From: Nemertoderma westbladi
Lineage: Eukaryota; Animalia; Xenacoelomorpha
Direction: 5' to 3'
DNA length: 34,657 bases
Assembly: GCA_032718475.1 (NCBI GenBank)
Contig: JAUCBJ010002504.1
Span: 1-34,657 of the forward strand
How positions within the stretch are numbered: position 1 is the first letter of the stretch; each line of letters opens with the position of its first letter. This document shows positions 9,398 to 21,703 of the stretch, one piece after another. A program made the position numbers and the translations under genes. A model generated the notes under the pieces. The model was given only the letters and a program-made list of their open reading frames with translations, searched no databases and was not told the DNA's origin.

Positions 9398-12300
9398 TAC
9401 TACACTACTACTAGGTCGAGCGAACTCGGACAGTGGAAATGAGATTCTTCCAGGCTTCCCGATTCTCCATAGTTGTCGCAATTTCGTTTCTCCCAAGTTC
9501 AGTATCCCTTTCAAGTTGATCTATATATGTTATGGCCGGTCGTCCACGACTACGCTTTCCATGAGTTGGTTGCCAGAAAAGTAGATCTGGTATGACCTCG
9601 TCTTTACTTCGCCAGCAGTGCCCACTGAATCTTAATCTGCGTTCACGGAGGGTGGTTGACACAGGTGGTATTGTACCATAAAGCTCGGCGTTTGTCAAGT
9701 GTTGTCTCCAGCTGATGTTTAGGGCTGCCCTTAGTAGTCTTGTGTAGCAACCATCAATTCGTTGTTCAATTGATTTAGTCAGTGTCCAGGTCTCACCCAC
9801 ATATAAAAATACACTTTCCACTGTGGCTCGAAAGAACTTAGTCTTCAGGTGCCTGGAGAGATCTGATTTCCAGATGGTATCCATTTTTGATAGAGCTACC
9901 CAAGCCTTTGCTTTCCTAACTTCTATGTCCTTTTTGCTACTCTCTATCCATGATCCAAGGTACTGGAAGTCATCGACCTTCCTTAGTTGATTATTATCAA
10001 TGGTTGTCAAGTTTCCATCAACATTAAAGGTCATGAATTCGGTCTTTGTAGCATTTACATGCAATCCAACCTCCTTTGCAGCCCTCTCCACTTTATTTAG
10101 TAGAAGCTGTGCATCTGCTAGGGTATTAGAGAGCAGGGCGATGTCATCCGCAAAGTCGGTGTCTGTGACTGTAGTTGCCGGATATCTACTACTTCTGCGT
10201 TCTTGAAGTGTGAATCCCAGGTCTTCACCCTTTGTGGCCGTCCTCATTGCGTAATCCAGCACAATTACAAATAGTAATGGTGGTAATGTGTCACCTTGCA
10301 GTACGCCAGCCAGGATTGAGAAAAACTCAGTTTCACCATCTGGTGAGAGTACCTGCGCTTCTGTGTCACAATATAACAATCCAATGCCAGCAACAATTAC
10401 TTCTGGTATTCCATAAGCTCTTAGGATTTCAAGCATTTTACCTCTATGGATGGAGTCGAATGCCTTCTTGAAGTCCACAAAATTCATGACAGCAGGGAGA
10501 TTCTTTGACTTAATTCCTTCAATCAGTCTCCGTAGTGCAAGTATCTGAGCTATTGTTGATCTACTTGGTCGAAATCCGTTTTGGCTCTTACGCAGTAGTT
10601 TCTCTATGTGAGGCCTAATCCTATATAGAATCATTTTATTGTATATTTTGGCAGCTACCACAAGCAGACAGATACCACGATAGTTTGTTGGTATGCCGAG
10701 GTCTCCTTTCTTGGGGAGAGGCTTTAGTTGACCTTTAGTCCAAATTGGTGGTGGCTTTTCCCCTTTTAACATCCGGTTGCAAACATTCAATAATGGTCTG
10801 TTTAGCACTCCGGTTTTCCATGCCTCCGCTGGGATTTCATCTAATCCACTCGCTTTATTATTGGACATGCTTTTAATGCTTCTTTGGAGTTCGGCAGGTG
10901 TGAAGTCCCCTGTTTCTATAGGTAGTGTCTTGTCATATATTTTCCTTGTAGGGCTGACCTCGATGTTTGGTGGCTGCCCAAGCAAGTTGCTGAAGTGATT
11001 TTTCCACTTCCCAACACGTTCTTCAGGACTATCGGATTTGAGGCGCCCCTTTGCACAACTTTTCCGACCAGATACCTCATTAACAGTTTGCCAGGTAAGT
11101 CTTGATTGTTGCTGTATGTGAGCAGTTGTAATTGCTTCAGTATTATCCTGTATGTACTTTTCCTGGCTGATGTTGTAAGCCAATTTAAGATCGTCCTTTC
11201 TCAACCTTGTTAATGTTTTCGGTTGTTGGTTGTTCGGTTTTAACTTTGTAGGCTATCTTAAGATCTTCTCTCTTACAAGTAACCTCAGAGTTTTGCCATG
11301 GCACATATTGTTTTCGTTTGGGTTTCTGGGGGATATGCCTCTTAGCTGATTCCTTGTGGGCTGTTATTATATTCTGGTATATTGAATTTGTGGATTGGTC
11401 TTCATCCATTGACTGAAGTGCTTCAAAGCGGTTTTGAACTTCTACTGTATAAGCATCCTTTACAGTATTGTCAGTTCTGAGTTTTTCCCAGTCATATTTG
11501 ATTTGCTTGCTTGTCCTGGGTTTGCTGGCTCTCAAACTGAGTCTGATCTCTGCAGTCACAATTCTGTGGTCCGAACCAATTAGGTTGAACGAGCTGTATG
11601 CCTCGCAGTTGATCATGCTGTTTCTCCACTTTTTGTTTATGAGGATGTAATCCAGTTGTGCTTTGGTTCCATTAGGGTATTGAAAGGTCCATAGCTTCCC
11701 CTTACTCATTTCGAATGTGTTGTTTGTTGGTATCAATTCACATTCTTCCATTAGGTCTAAAAGTAAGTACCCATTTCTGCTAGAACTGGTGTTATAGGTG
11801 TAACCCTTGATGTCTTCTGGGCCAATTTGGGCATTCAGTTCACCAGCAATGACTTTAACATTGTGTTTCGGAATGTCCTTTATAAGTCCAGTCAGTTCCT
11901 CATAAAACTTGACTGCTTGTTCTGGCTCTGAGGCATTGGTTGGACTGTAGCAACATATAACTGTTGCCTTGGGATTCCCATCAAATGTTGCGATCATAAC
12001 CCTGGAATTTATAGATTCGATGTTGTTTAGGGTCTTAAGTGCAAATGGGCTTAGCAGAATTCCTACTCCACCAATTGATGCATTGGCCGAGTTTCTTACT
12101 GCTGAGCTTGTTACTAACGCCCATCCATTTCCAATGTCATTGTACTTCATAATGTGATAATTGAGTGTTAGTGTTTACCCATTTATTATATTGTACTTCA
12201 TGGCAGTGTCTTCATGACAAATCCGATGTTCTTGGATGCAGATGATGTCGATGTTATATTCCATTGCCAGAGCGACCATGTCACCCTGTTTGGTATGTGC

Positions 12301-12988
12301 TTTCAGCGTGCGTGCGTTCATTGTAGCAATCTTTAGTGTCTTTTTACATTTCAACAGGTTGGTTCTTCTTTCTTCTCGGTCTTCTGTTCCAGTAGCCAAT
12401 TTATCGACCCCAGCCTGGTGTACCACTGGGGGACGCGGTCCTTGTTGACCCGGGCGACGACCGAGCCGGTATTTCTCCTGGAGGGTTCTCATACTCATAT
12501 CTTTCAGTTGCGGGAGTAAACCGCTTGTGGTCGCAACTCCTACAAGCGTCTTCGCAGTAGATCGCCTTTGGTTGATTACCTTCCGCCGACCTTGTCAGCA
12601 TGTCTAGCCGTTGGTTGATTACCTTCCTCCTATCCATGGCCTACAGCCCTGCTGCCGACTGTAGGGGTCCTTTTGTTACACCCTGAACCAAGTGTGCCTC
12701 CTGGGTTAGGTTACCTAACACTGGTAGAGGAGCATCCAGTATAGACAGGGCGGGGCGTGTATCATCTCTAATGCAGATGCGTATCAAGCCTTTGCCTTCA
12801 ATGGTGCCCTAGGCGCTATAGCCCTCAATGAATTATTTAGTTGACGGGGCTGAACCAACCCACTCTTGATCAACTAAATAATGAATAGGCTATGCTTATC
12901 GGGCCTGCCCTACTGGGCTGGCAGCTACAGGTAGTACCACATTACTGCCATAGTGGTAGCAGGATATTGGTCCCTGACCTGACCCCTG
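9398..12988 (-). mobile_element. Full-length RTE-clade non-LTR retrotransposon, ~3.6 kb
   Basis: APE plus RT ORF, (TAG)n tail directly after the stop, 11-bp TSD AACATACATAC at 9387-9397 and 12989-12999. Confidence 0.92.
9411..12498 (-). pseudogene. RTE endonuclease/reverse transcriptase ORF broken by one insertion and one frameshift
   Basis: APE motifs IATMNARTL, ICIQEHR, YSPT, LDYIL, SDHR; RT motifs NYRGICL, QNGFR, FVDFKKAFDS, GVLQGD, FADD, YLGS; insertion at 12151-12201, frameshift near 11195. Confidence 0.93.
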
Positions 12989-14720
12989 AACATACATACA
13001 TAACATATTATGTTGTTATGGTAAACTGATATAACATTTATTAATGTTGTTAATTATTTGAATGGATTAATTGAACACATTAATAGCTATTTACAAATTT
13101 GGAATCCAACGACACCTTTCCATTGGTACAGTATCAACAAACGGTGCGTTGCGCGACTGGTGCAATGTTTAATTACTTATTAAACAACAATATCTTTAAA
13201 TAATTATATTAATAAGGAAGATTTTAACAATAAATTTACATAAAACGATAAATAAAACACCTTAGGCCTATTACCTTTTCGCCCATCGATCTGACTTATT
13301 GACCTCCCTCGCTACACTCGGTCGGAGGTAAATAACGGTAAATACGAACGGTAAATAAAGCAAATTTTATTTACCGTAAAATAAATATAATCTCTTTAAT
13401 TAACCACAGTGAACCACCAAACTTCACATTTGGTTGAGTGTCTTGTTTTACTTACCGCTCATTATTAATGACATCATAGCAGCATAGGTGATGAATAATT
13501 GTTGTACATATGTTCAGTATCGTGATCCAGTTGCTGTCGTTTATGGTATTTCGACTACAAAATGTTCACTATATATTATAACTAATTGACTTGTTTATAC
13601 AGTACAACAACTGGTGGCGAGCTAATCCGTGGTGAATCATGTTATCATTCCTGGTCTGCAATCTATCTACTGTAGGATCACACCCAGTCCGTCTAGGTCT
13701 ACCTAGACATGTACTGTAATATGTAGACATACACCTATACATATGCAAATGCAACGGTCTGCCAAACAATAAATAGAATAATACAGTATTAGTTTTCGGA
13801 AATAGGCATCATCGACCAGCAAAATATACCCAACATTAAATCGAGCGAAGTGGATCTATTTATTCTCAATAATTAATCAGAGAGACTTTACGGCGTTCAA
13901 TTAAATTAGGGATTGCTGGTCAAATCGATCATAAGAAGACGAGTATTGATTTTTTGGAATGAATCTATCTACTGTAACTAAATTTGCAATTTAGGCAGCT
14001 TAACGATCGCTCAGCGAAGCACATAAAAAGTATTTACCACAAAATTGAATAATGTTTCTACTGTACCGTCCTCTACAGAGTACTCATATTGTTTGAAAAG
14101 GGCAGATAAAAATGGTAAATTATATATGCCTACTCTACCCCTACCGGTGATGTAAACACGAAATGTAAAGCGCATAACCTACTGTAATTAAATACATAAC
14201 GTGCGTATTAGGCCTACACTATACGTACTGTAGAGTAGGCCTACACTATACGTACTGTAGAGTAGGCCTACAGTACACTTTGTGGTAGGAATCAATTCCG
14301 GATAATTATGTAATTACAGTACACATGTTGGATATTTATTATTGCTTTGTTGAAATGTTATTTCAAATTCGATTATAAAATGATTGACGAAATGTAAGCT
14401 CTATCATAAAGTAAAGTACATTAGGCCTACTACTGTACACTACACTACAGTACTGAAATAGGCTACTGTATGACACTCTAGTGTCATACTCATTGATACA
14501 GTATGCTACAGTACAAAATAAAATGGGCCGATAATAATTGTCCAATGAAATTATTACTTTTTTAATATAATATTTAATTATTATTAATATTAAATATTGC
14601 TTTATTTTGTTTATAATTTATTATAAAATATTGCCACTCAGCATACCGGTAGGCCTACTGTACATAGAAGAATCTTAGACTCTTACTGGGAACATGTATT
14701 GAAATGGACTAGACGAAATA

Positions 14721-14732
14721 ATGCCCAACAAG
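14721..14732 (+). CDS. Host gene, putative first coding exon (MPNK)
   Basis: ATG followed by donor AAG|GTGAGA; phase 0 fits the next exon. Confidence 0.4.
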
Positions 14733-14840
14733 GTGAGACAAAATTACTTTTATAAACAAATAATAATTAAATTTTTTAATTGTTTTAACATCCAATTCAA
14801 AAAATCGGATGTTCGATTCTCGGTTGTTAAATCCGAGATT

Positions 14841-15092
14841 CAATAAATTATTTATTCAAACATAACTTTGGAACAACAACTCTCAAAATAATGGATTTCA
14901 CGCGAAGTTCTGTTTAAGGTACAATAAATTATTTATTCAAACATAACTTTGGAACAACAACTCTCAAAACAATGGATTTCACGCGAAGTTCTGTTTAAGG
15001 TACAATAAATTATTTATTCAAACATAACTTTGGATCAACAACTCTCAAAATAATGTATTTCACGCGAAGTTCTGTTTAAGTTACAATAAATT
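14841..15092. repeat. Three tandem copies of an 81-bp unit
   Basis: CAATAAATTATTTATTCAAACATAACTTTGG... starts at 14841, 14922 and 15003. Confidence 0.95.
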
Positions 15093-15556
15093 TATTTATT
15101 TATTTAATTAGGGCTACTGTATATTTCATCAATCGTAACTTTTTCTTATTTCGCGAGCCTATTGGCGTAATCGTAGGATATTTTTGACTCTGGTAGAATC
15201 ACACGCATAGATCAGTTCATTTCTTATAACTTTTGAATTTTGTTATTTCGGGACCGTTACTTCGCGCCCATGTGAAGAATACCACAGGTTTTCACTTTTC
15301 GGTGGAATTATTATTGAAATTTTATCAATGAAGAAATTTTAATTTTTAATTTCTGTTTATTAAGTGTTTTATACTGTAGCTTGATAGAAGTCGTCAGAAT
15401 TTGTGCGGAATTCCTAGCGTAACGGACGAAGAAACTTTAACTTTTTTTTCATTTCCTTTGGTATTCTTCACATAGGGTGAAACTGCAAATTGAAATATAA
15501 CAACGTCTAAGCATAGGTCTACTTCACATGGACCAACGTGCGTGTCTAGGCGACAC

Positions 15557-15816
15557 AGGGGGGGGGGGGGGAGTGAGGGTGGGGTGGGAAGTGGGGAGGG
15601 AGGGGTGGGGGGGGGGGGGGGGAACTGGACGCAAATCCCATCTTGGCGAATTAATATCCCGCCTCAATGTTAAATTCTCAATTTAGGGAAAGGAGCAGGT
15701 TACAGTGGAACGTTATTCTAACCAAAACAATAAACTAATCACAACATATAACAGGTTACAGTTTTATTTTTGAGAGTAATCAGCTGTTATTCGCGTCGAA
15801 TTTCCCCTGGAGAGGG
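15557..15816 (+). repeat. Dispersed ~200-bp repeat with terminal G-tract, copy 1
   Basis: Reverse-complement match to 20962-21169 and 29626-29818 (e.g. AGGGAAAGGAGCAGGTTACAGT, TTTCCCCTGGAGAGGG). Confidence 0.85.
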
Positions 15817-15891
15817 ATAATTATAATATTATTTATAATTCATATTTGATGATGTTAGTTTTACTTCAATATTATTCCTTGAATGTTCCAG

Positions 15892-16040
15892 GAAGTTAAT
15901 AGCAACGCTAGTACTCGACCGAGAAAGCGTTGGCATTTACCGCCGTTAGCCGAGACGGATCAACTCGAACATCTACAGCGTTCAGGTCGACGAGTTTTAC
16001 CGAAAAACTTCCCAAGGCGCGACGGTCCTTTAGTATACGG
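15892..16040 (+). CDS. Host gene exon (EVNSNASTRPRKRWHLPPL...VYG)
   Basis: TTCCAG acceptor, GG|GTTAGT donor, only one open frame. Confidence 0.7.
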
Positions 16041-16432
16041 GTTAGTTGCCTCGCGTTCCAAACAAGTGTACGACTCACTGTAGCTATCATATTCAATGGT
16101 ATCCACAGTAATCAATATTAATTTACCTCCATTATTATTATTATTGTTTATTTCTTACATAGTATTATATAATAATTAACGAATTACACATATCTACCAA
16201 ACAACATTGATTTAGGATGTGGAAATTCCATGAGCCCTTCTACTACTAAGTATGCGTGTTGTATGGCAAATATAGTCCAACTATACTGTAGCCTATACAG
16301 GCCTGCTTAATAATTTTCAATAAATAAATTCATTTCCAAATTTACCAGGTGTTTTACAGTGTTTTTCCCCATGTTTTCCTAGTTATTTACTATTGTTTTT
16401 CTAATTTAGAACTATCCATCCATATGTTATAG

Positions 16433-16607
16433 GGAGCATGGGAGCCGGCCCCACCATTCTAAAGGTAAACATCGTGGAGAAGGACGACCACTCGCGAATA
16501 ACTCCCAGTCAGCAGGGCCTCGGTACCTCACTGAAAATGAAAGTAAAGTCTTCAGGACTTGCGACGACTTTTATCGTTCAGTTCTTAGCTATGGAAAAAG
16601 AAATACA
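16433..16607 (+). CDS. Host gene exon (EHGSRPHH...FRTCDDFYRSVLSYGKRNT)
   Basis: TTATAG acceptor, ACA|GTTAGT donor; phase 2 to 0 fits both neighbours. Confidence 0.65.
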
Positions 16608-17510
16608 GTTAGTATATACATACCTTATTGTGATTGTGATCATGATCTATAACAGTAGGTCATGTTGTGATACATTAAATACTGTATTATATGGCCTTGC
16701 TGATTAATATACTGTAGTACTATTAGGATAATATTTTTTACACTATTAATTACAATTTCATTGAATAGGCCTACGTATTAACCGCCTCAAAATGTATGTC
16801 CTTAAGTCAAGCGTTTGGTTAAACTGTACTTTATAATGGACATAGCCAATCTTTTAACGAAAAATTGTCTTTAATACATTTTATTACAATGACGTTGGCC
16901 TACAACAACTGTTGGGATAACAAAGTTGCTACGGTATGTTGTTTCCACCGGCCATATGCGTTGAAATGAATTTAATCGTTATTCATTAATACAGTAACTA
17001 TTTTGCTGGGCTATTTAAACGTTTCATTTGCATCTAACAAAAAATGTCACACCTCATTGGGCTTGATCGATTAAATTAAGATGAATATTTATTAACGTCA
17101 ACCTTGATGTAGTGTCTGCCAGGCAATTAATAACATCTTTCCTTTGTTTCCTTGTATTGATTTCCTTTTATTATTTGTTATCCCATACATCAGTCACCAA
17201 GGGAAACCCTACCACTATTAACTCTTGGCCAGTTATAGTGTTGGCACCATGCAGAGTAAGAGTGCCCCTTCCTTCCTTAGTGTGTTCACGTAATATTTAT
17301 AGTAATGTCATTTGCAATTTTTTTCATTACCAATAACTTTCCTCGTCTAACCTTAACTGTAGTACATACAGTAATAGCAGTAATCCATACAGTACAGTTA
17401 ACCTACAGTCTTAGTGTACACAATGTGGTGCGTTGTCATTGGTCAATTTAACCTACAGTCTTAGTGTAAACACAGTAGTGCGTTGTCATTGGTCAATTAC
17501 TTTTCTGCAG

Positions 17511-17673
17511 GATCACTCAGTCAAAAAGAACGAGTTGTATCTTGAGTTCTTGAACCCCAAACACAGTTTGAGTAATGAACGATCTATTCGACCTGGTTAT
17601 TCAGCCAAACGATACATCCACCACTGGAATACCTTGTGGAACACGAAATCATTCGAATTTATCAAAAATAAAG
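17511..17673 (+). CDS. Host gene exon (DHSVKKNELYLEFL...RPGYSAKRYIHHWNTLW...)
   Basis: TTTTCTGCAG acceptor, AAG|GTATTA donor, open frame. Confidence 0.8.
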
Positions 17674-18087
17674 GTATTATTATTCCATATCGCTTGTAAA
17701 CAATTAGCAAACATGTAAACAATTAAAGAAAGCTTGAAAGATTTGTTAATTATATTTAATTTAATTCAAGTTGCTAATTTGAAAGAAAATACCACAGGTA
17801 TGCACAAACAAATAAAATAAAATAAATAATAAATAAATAAACTGGAGACCCTCAGGCAAATACTTTAATTTAATTTGCAATACATTTTTTAAAACCAAAT
17901 CAGCAATTAATTTGTTTCTATTTAACATTATAGTTTGATTGTTTGCATTATTTTTGTTATTTCAAAGTGGATATCTTCACTCAAATCCACAACAATTTAT
18001 TTTAATGTTGATTTTCAAAATTAACTTCACACTGATTACCATAATTTACAGTCTTAGGCATAGATTATTTTCTGCGTGCATTATCAG

Positions 18088-18306
18088 GTTCAATGACAGA
18101 TAGACCATTGAATCGGTCCAAGACCTTTACTGAGGAGAGTCTTTCTCACCGGCAACCATCGGATCTGTCAAGCAGACCTCCATTATATCAGCTAAATAGT
18201 GCAATGACTGTTGGAGCACACGCACGCCATCCTGCGGTGAGGTTGAGAATAGAAGATTCTCCATCCAGCTACGTGTGGGCCAAGAAGGAACAAGAACCAA
18301 AACCAG
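18088..18306 (+). CDS. Host gene exon (GSMTDRPLNR...EQEPKP)
   Basis: ATCAG acceptor, CAG|GTAGGA donor, phase 1-1. Confidence 0.75.
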
Positions 18307-18681
18307 GTAGGAAAGATAACCACGCAGGTTTTCCTTGGCTTTTTAATTAGGTTGTTTTGATTACTAATTTGCATTCAGTCAGTGCAGGTCTTTTATTTTT
18401 TATTGGATTTGCAGGTCTTGTTAATCATTTATAAGTCCTATTTTCTATAATCTATACCTACTGTACTCCACCAGAACCGGTGAAAATTGTAATTTTGGAT
18501 AAGTGTTAGAAAAGTGGGATGGCTGCTGCAGTATGTCGTACAGTAGTTACTAAATAAATAAGGTTATAATAAATAAATAAATTAATTAATTGAGTATATT
18601 TGTATTTGTTACACCATATTTATTCGGTAACTAACTCATACTGTAGGTCTATAGCCATAGCCCCGCTACCCCAGTACTTCA

Positions 18682-19740
18682 GCTCAGGGTGACAGACTTG
18701 CATCTTTCTTATTAGTAATGTGGTTGTTTATGTCCTACGCACGTCCTTAGATCATCTTAATGAAGATGGGGTGACGGTAACACCGTCACAATCAGAAATA
18801 CTCTCATAATCACTAGAGGGAGCCGAAATGCTCCCCTGGTTTTTGGAAGAGGTTGCTTCCAGTGTTGATCGTGCTGTCTGATCGTAATGGCATTAGCTCC
18901 TGGGATTGCTTGCTTGAGCATATTATTGTGAATGACTTCTGCTACTTGGGATCATGGATCCGAAAGTCAGGTGAAGACCTTCGGATACGTAAGGGGATGA
19001 AGGCATGGTCAGCGTTTAATAGTCAGTCCAGGATTTGGAAGTCCCATATAATAAAATGGAACCTTAAGGTTCGATTATTTATGGCAGTAGTAGTACCAGT
19101 ACTCTTATAGGAGTTCATGCTGGGCTCTACTGTAGAGGATATCAAATCTCTGGATATAATAATAATAATAATATTGGTTATTTATATAGCGCGTTTCTAC
19201 GCTCAGCATACCCAAAGCGCTTTTATTATCATTACCCCAGCAAAGCCAGGTTCCCATTATACCGCTGGGTTGACGTAGGCACTAATGTCTAAAGTGTCTT
19301 GCCTAGGGACACAACAGTACGAAATTTCTACAGCCTTTAGTCGGAATCGAACCTGCACCACCAAACACTATTGTGTAAGCAGTTCAGGCGCCGTATCCAC
19401 TCGGACACTGCGACATATCACATATACAAGAATGCTGCGCCGGATTCATTGTGTCAAGTACAATTGAACACTAATCACTCTTTACAAAATTGGTATTGGA
19501 TGAGTTTCATTAGTCTCCCATAGCTTGACAATTTACCGGAACCGCCACCGCTTCGCAGGACATTGCTCATAGAGAGAATAAGCAATATGCATGATGGGCA
19601 GCACATGACTTTCTTGAGAAGCCCCTTAAAGTGATAAATGACACTGGCCATGAAGATACGGATCATCTAACAAAAGTCATGGGTGATAGGGAATTATGGC
19701 TCGCAATTTTGTCGGCAAGCCGGCACATCATTCTTGATAT
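18682..19740 (+). mobile_element. Old degenerate RTE-like LINE, 3' portion, interrupted by a SINE
   Basis: Residual QGDRLASFLL, VNDFCYLGSWI, IRKGMKAWSAF...IWKS and YTRMLRR, collinear with the RT at 9411-11204. Confidence 0.8.
19156..19414 (-). mobile_element. tRNA-derived SINE with an L2-like tail
   Basis: Minus strand: A box TGTCCGAGTGG, B box GGTTCGATTCC, GTGTCCCTAGGCAAGACACTT, tail GCGCTATATAAAT...(ATT)n. Confidence 0.8.
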
Positions 19741-19834
19741 ATATGTAATATATATAATACAGCTGCAATGCAGTATGCCGGTAGTAGTAGTAGTAACCCC
19801 ACTACAGATGATATAAACACGGTTACTCTGTCAC

Positions 19835-20113
19835 GAACTTATTTACATAATTTGTATGGGAGAATCTTTTAGGCTCGTTAAGCCAAGGAATGCCTGTTCA
19901 CCACCATGGGTGATCTTCCACAGTAAACCCTTCCACTCCGTTTCCCAAGTTGCCTTGGTTCCCATTTATCGACCACTGAAGGATGAAAGCCGGGGTTGGG
20001 CTAGGCTGTAGCATTTAAAGCACTGTGCCCAAACAGTGCTGCCCCATCTAGGGATCGAACCCGGGCTCCCTAATCGGAAGCACAGTAATGTTACCACTAG
20101 ACCAAGCTGCTGC
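19835..20113 (-). mobile_element. tRNA-derived SINE with a Meta-domain-like core
   Basis: Minus strand: A box TGGTCTAGTGG, B box GGGTTCGATCCC, core GCTTTCATCCTTCAGTGGTCGATAAATGGGAACC; 3' end approximate. Confidence 0.7.
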
Positions 20114-20266
20114 ATCTAGGATAATTTTAATCCTAGATGATCTAGCGGGGTTTATTTTCACTTTTTTTATATTTCTAGTGTTATAGTGACTTTTTAAAGC
20201 GTGTGATTTGATCTCATACTGCGGGAGGTAGGTATCCTTATAAGTTTTTTGTATTCACTTCCGTAG

Positions 20267-20412
20267 AGCCAATGAGACCGTTTGAATTGGAACCATGGCC
20301 TTCAATCAACACGAAAATGTCAGCACCACTGAAAGTAGACCGCCAAATTTCTCGTCTTTCTAATCTTTCAAAGAAACTCGCCTCCAAACGGAAGAATATT
20401 CCCCAAGAGGAT
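20267..20412 (+). CDS. Host gene exon (EPMRPFELEPW...NIPQED)
   Basis: TTCCGTAG acceptor, GAT|GTAAGT donor, phase 1 to 0. Confidence 0.8.
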
Positions 20413-20749
20413 GTAAGTGTGTTAACTAAATTTGTAACTCGATTTTAGGACTGTTCATTTCAACGCCAAATATACCACCATATGGGCAGCAGTACCATCA
20501 CGACTTACAGTACTTACTATGAGCCCATGACTGCCAGCTTTTAAGATTAAAATAATAAATAAAATAATGAAAATCAATAATATGTATTTGGTAGTCAAAG
20601 TCATCAACTTTATATCGGGTTACCTTTTTGAATGAACTATATAGTTTCTTCTTAAAAACCTAAAACTAACAATTAAAAACAAGTAAAACTAGGTTATTTG
20701 GAATCTCGTTTAACACTTCATAAATCCTATTCAGGTAAATTATTGTCAG

Positions 20750-20923
20750 ATGAGTTTAGGCCAAAAAAGGACCACAATATCAGCTGTTCTGTTAGGAGGT
20801 TCTCGTGCTGCTTCGAAGATGCAACGCGTTCAGACACCGTTGTCCACCTTTCCTACGGACGATGACAGTGATGCAGACACCCACTCCCTCGATGAACCCC
20901 ATAGAACTCCATCTTATGTGCAG
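20750..20923 (+). CDS. Host gene exon (MSLGQKR...TPSYVQ); alternative acceptor at 20735
   Basis: TGTCAG acceptor, CAG|GTTAGA donor, phase 0-0. Confidence 0.65.
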
Positions 20924-20961
20924 GTTAGAAAAAATATATACGTATCGTCGGAAATAAAGAG

Positions 20962-21169
20962 CCCTCTCCAGGGGAAAATCGGCTTATTACTCCAAAAAAT
21001 AAATCTGTAACCTATTCTATGTAGCTATTGTTTATAGTATTGGTTAGAATGATGTACGACTGTAACCTGCTCCTTTCCCTTAATTGATAATTTAACAGTG
21101 AGACGAAATATTAATTTTGCAGAGATGGGATTTGGTTCGACACCCCACCCCCCCCCCCCCCCCCTCCCC
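20962..21169 (-). repeat. Dispersed ~200-bp repeat, copy 2 (inverted relative to copy 1)
   Basis: CCCTCTCCAGGGGAAA...ACTGTAACCTGCTCCTTTCCCT...AGATGGGATTT...C-tract. Confidence 0.85.
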
Positions 21170-21703
21170 TCTGTCTCTATTTTGGAGGCGATCTTTCAGA
21201 GTTTCAATTGTTGATTTTGTAGTCTAATCTTAAATGTTCCCATTTTCGACTTTTTGAAGCACTTAATATTTTGTTCGTGAAATTATTGAAATTTTTCGAT
21301 CATTTTTTTCACGTTCTAAAGGAGGTTACTAACCTACAGATATACAGATATACAACCATTGATACAGTATTGAACAAACATAGACTAAGTAAATAAGAAT
21401 AATTAATTAATTAATAAAGGGTTAGTGAGGACTGTCAGACTGTCGGCTAAGTGCTAATAGACGTACTAATTAATAAAACTCACATTTATCTATATCATTG
21501 GTTGATAATAAGCAAGCATTATATTTCCAGCGTAACACACAACTCTAATCTACTCCTACTGTTGTTTGTAGTACAGTTTAGTGGAGTGCAAAATGGTGCG
21601 CCCAAGGCCTACAGTATTATTCTGTATTATATGAGTCCCCTTGGTTGCACTCGTACAGTAATTTGTCATTTTCCCTTTTAATATAAATGAATTATCTACG
21701 CAG

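Noticed and set aside
11185-11204. Programmed frameshift between endonuclease and RT
   Set aside because: No slippery heptamer; RTE normally has one continuous ORF, so a mutation is more likely.
16438-16707. 89-aa ORF from the track as the exon frame
   Set aside because: A different frame links both neighbouring exons and reads as more protein-like, although a short 16410-16464 alternative cannot be excluded.
20040-20113. tRNA gene (also 19340-19414)
   Set aside because: A and B boxes are present but there is no convincing cloverleaf, and each runs into a SINE body.
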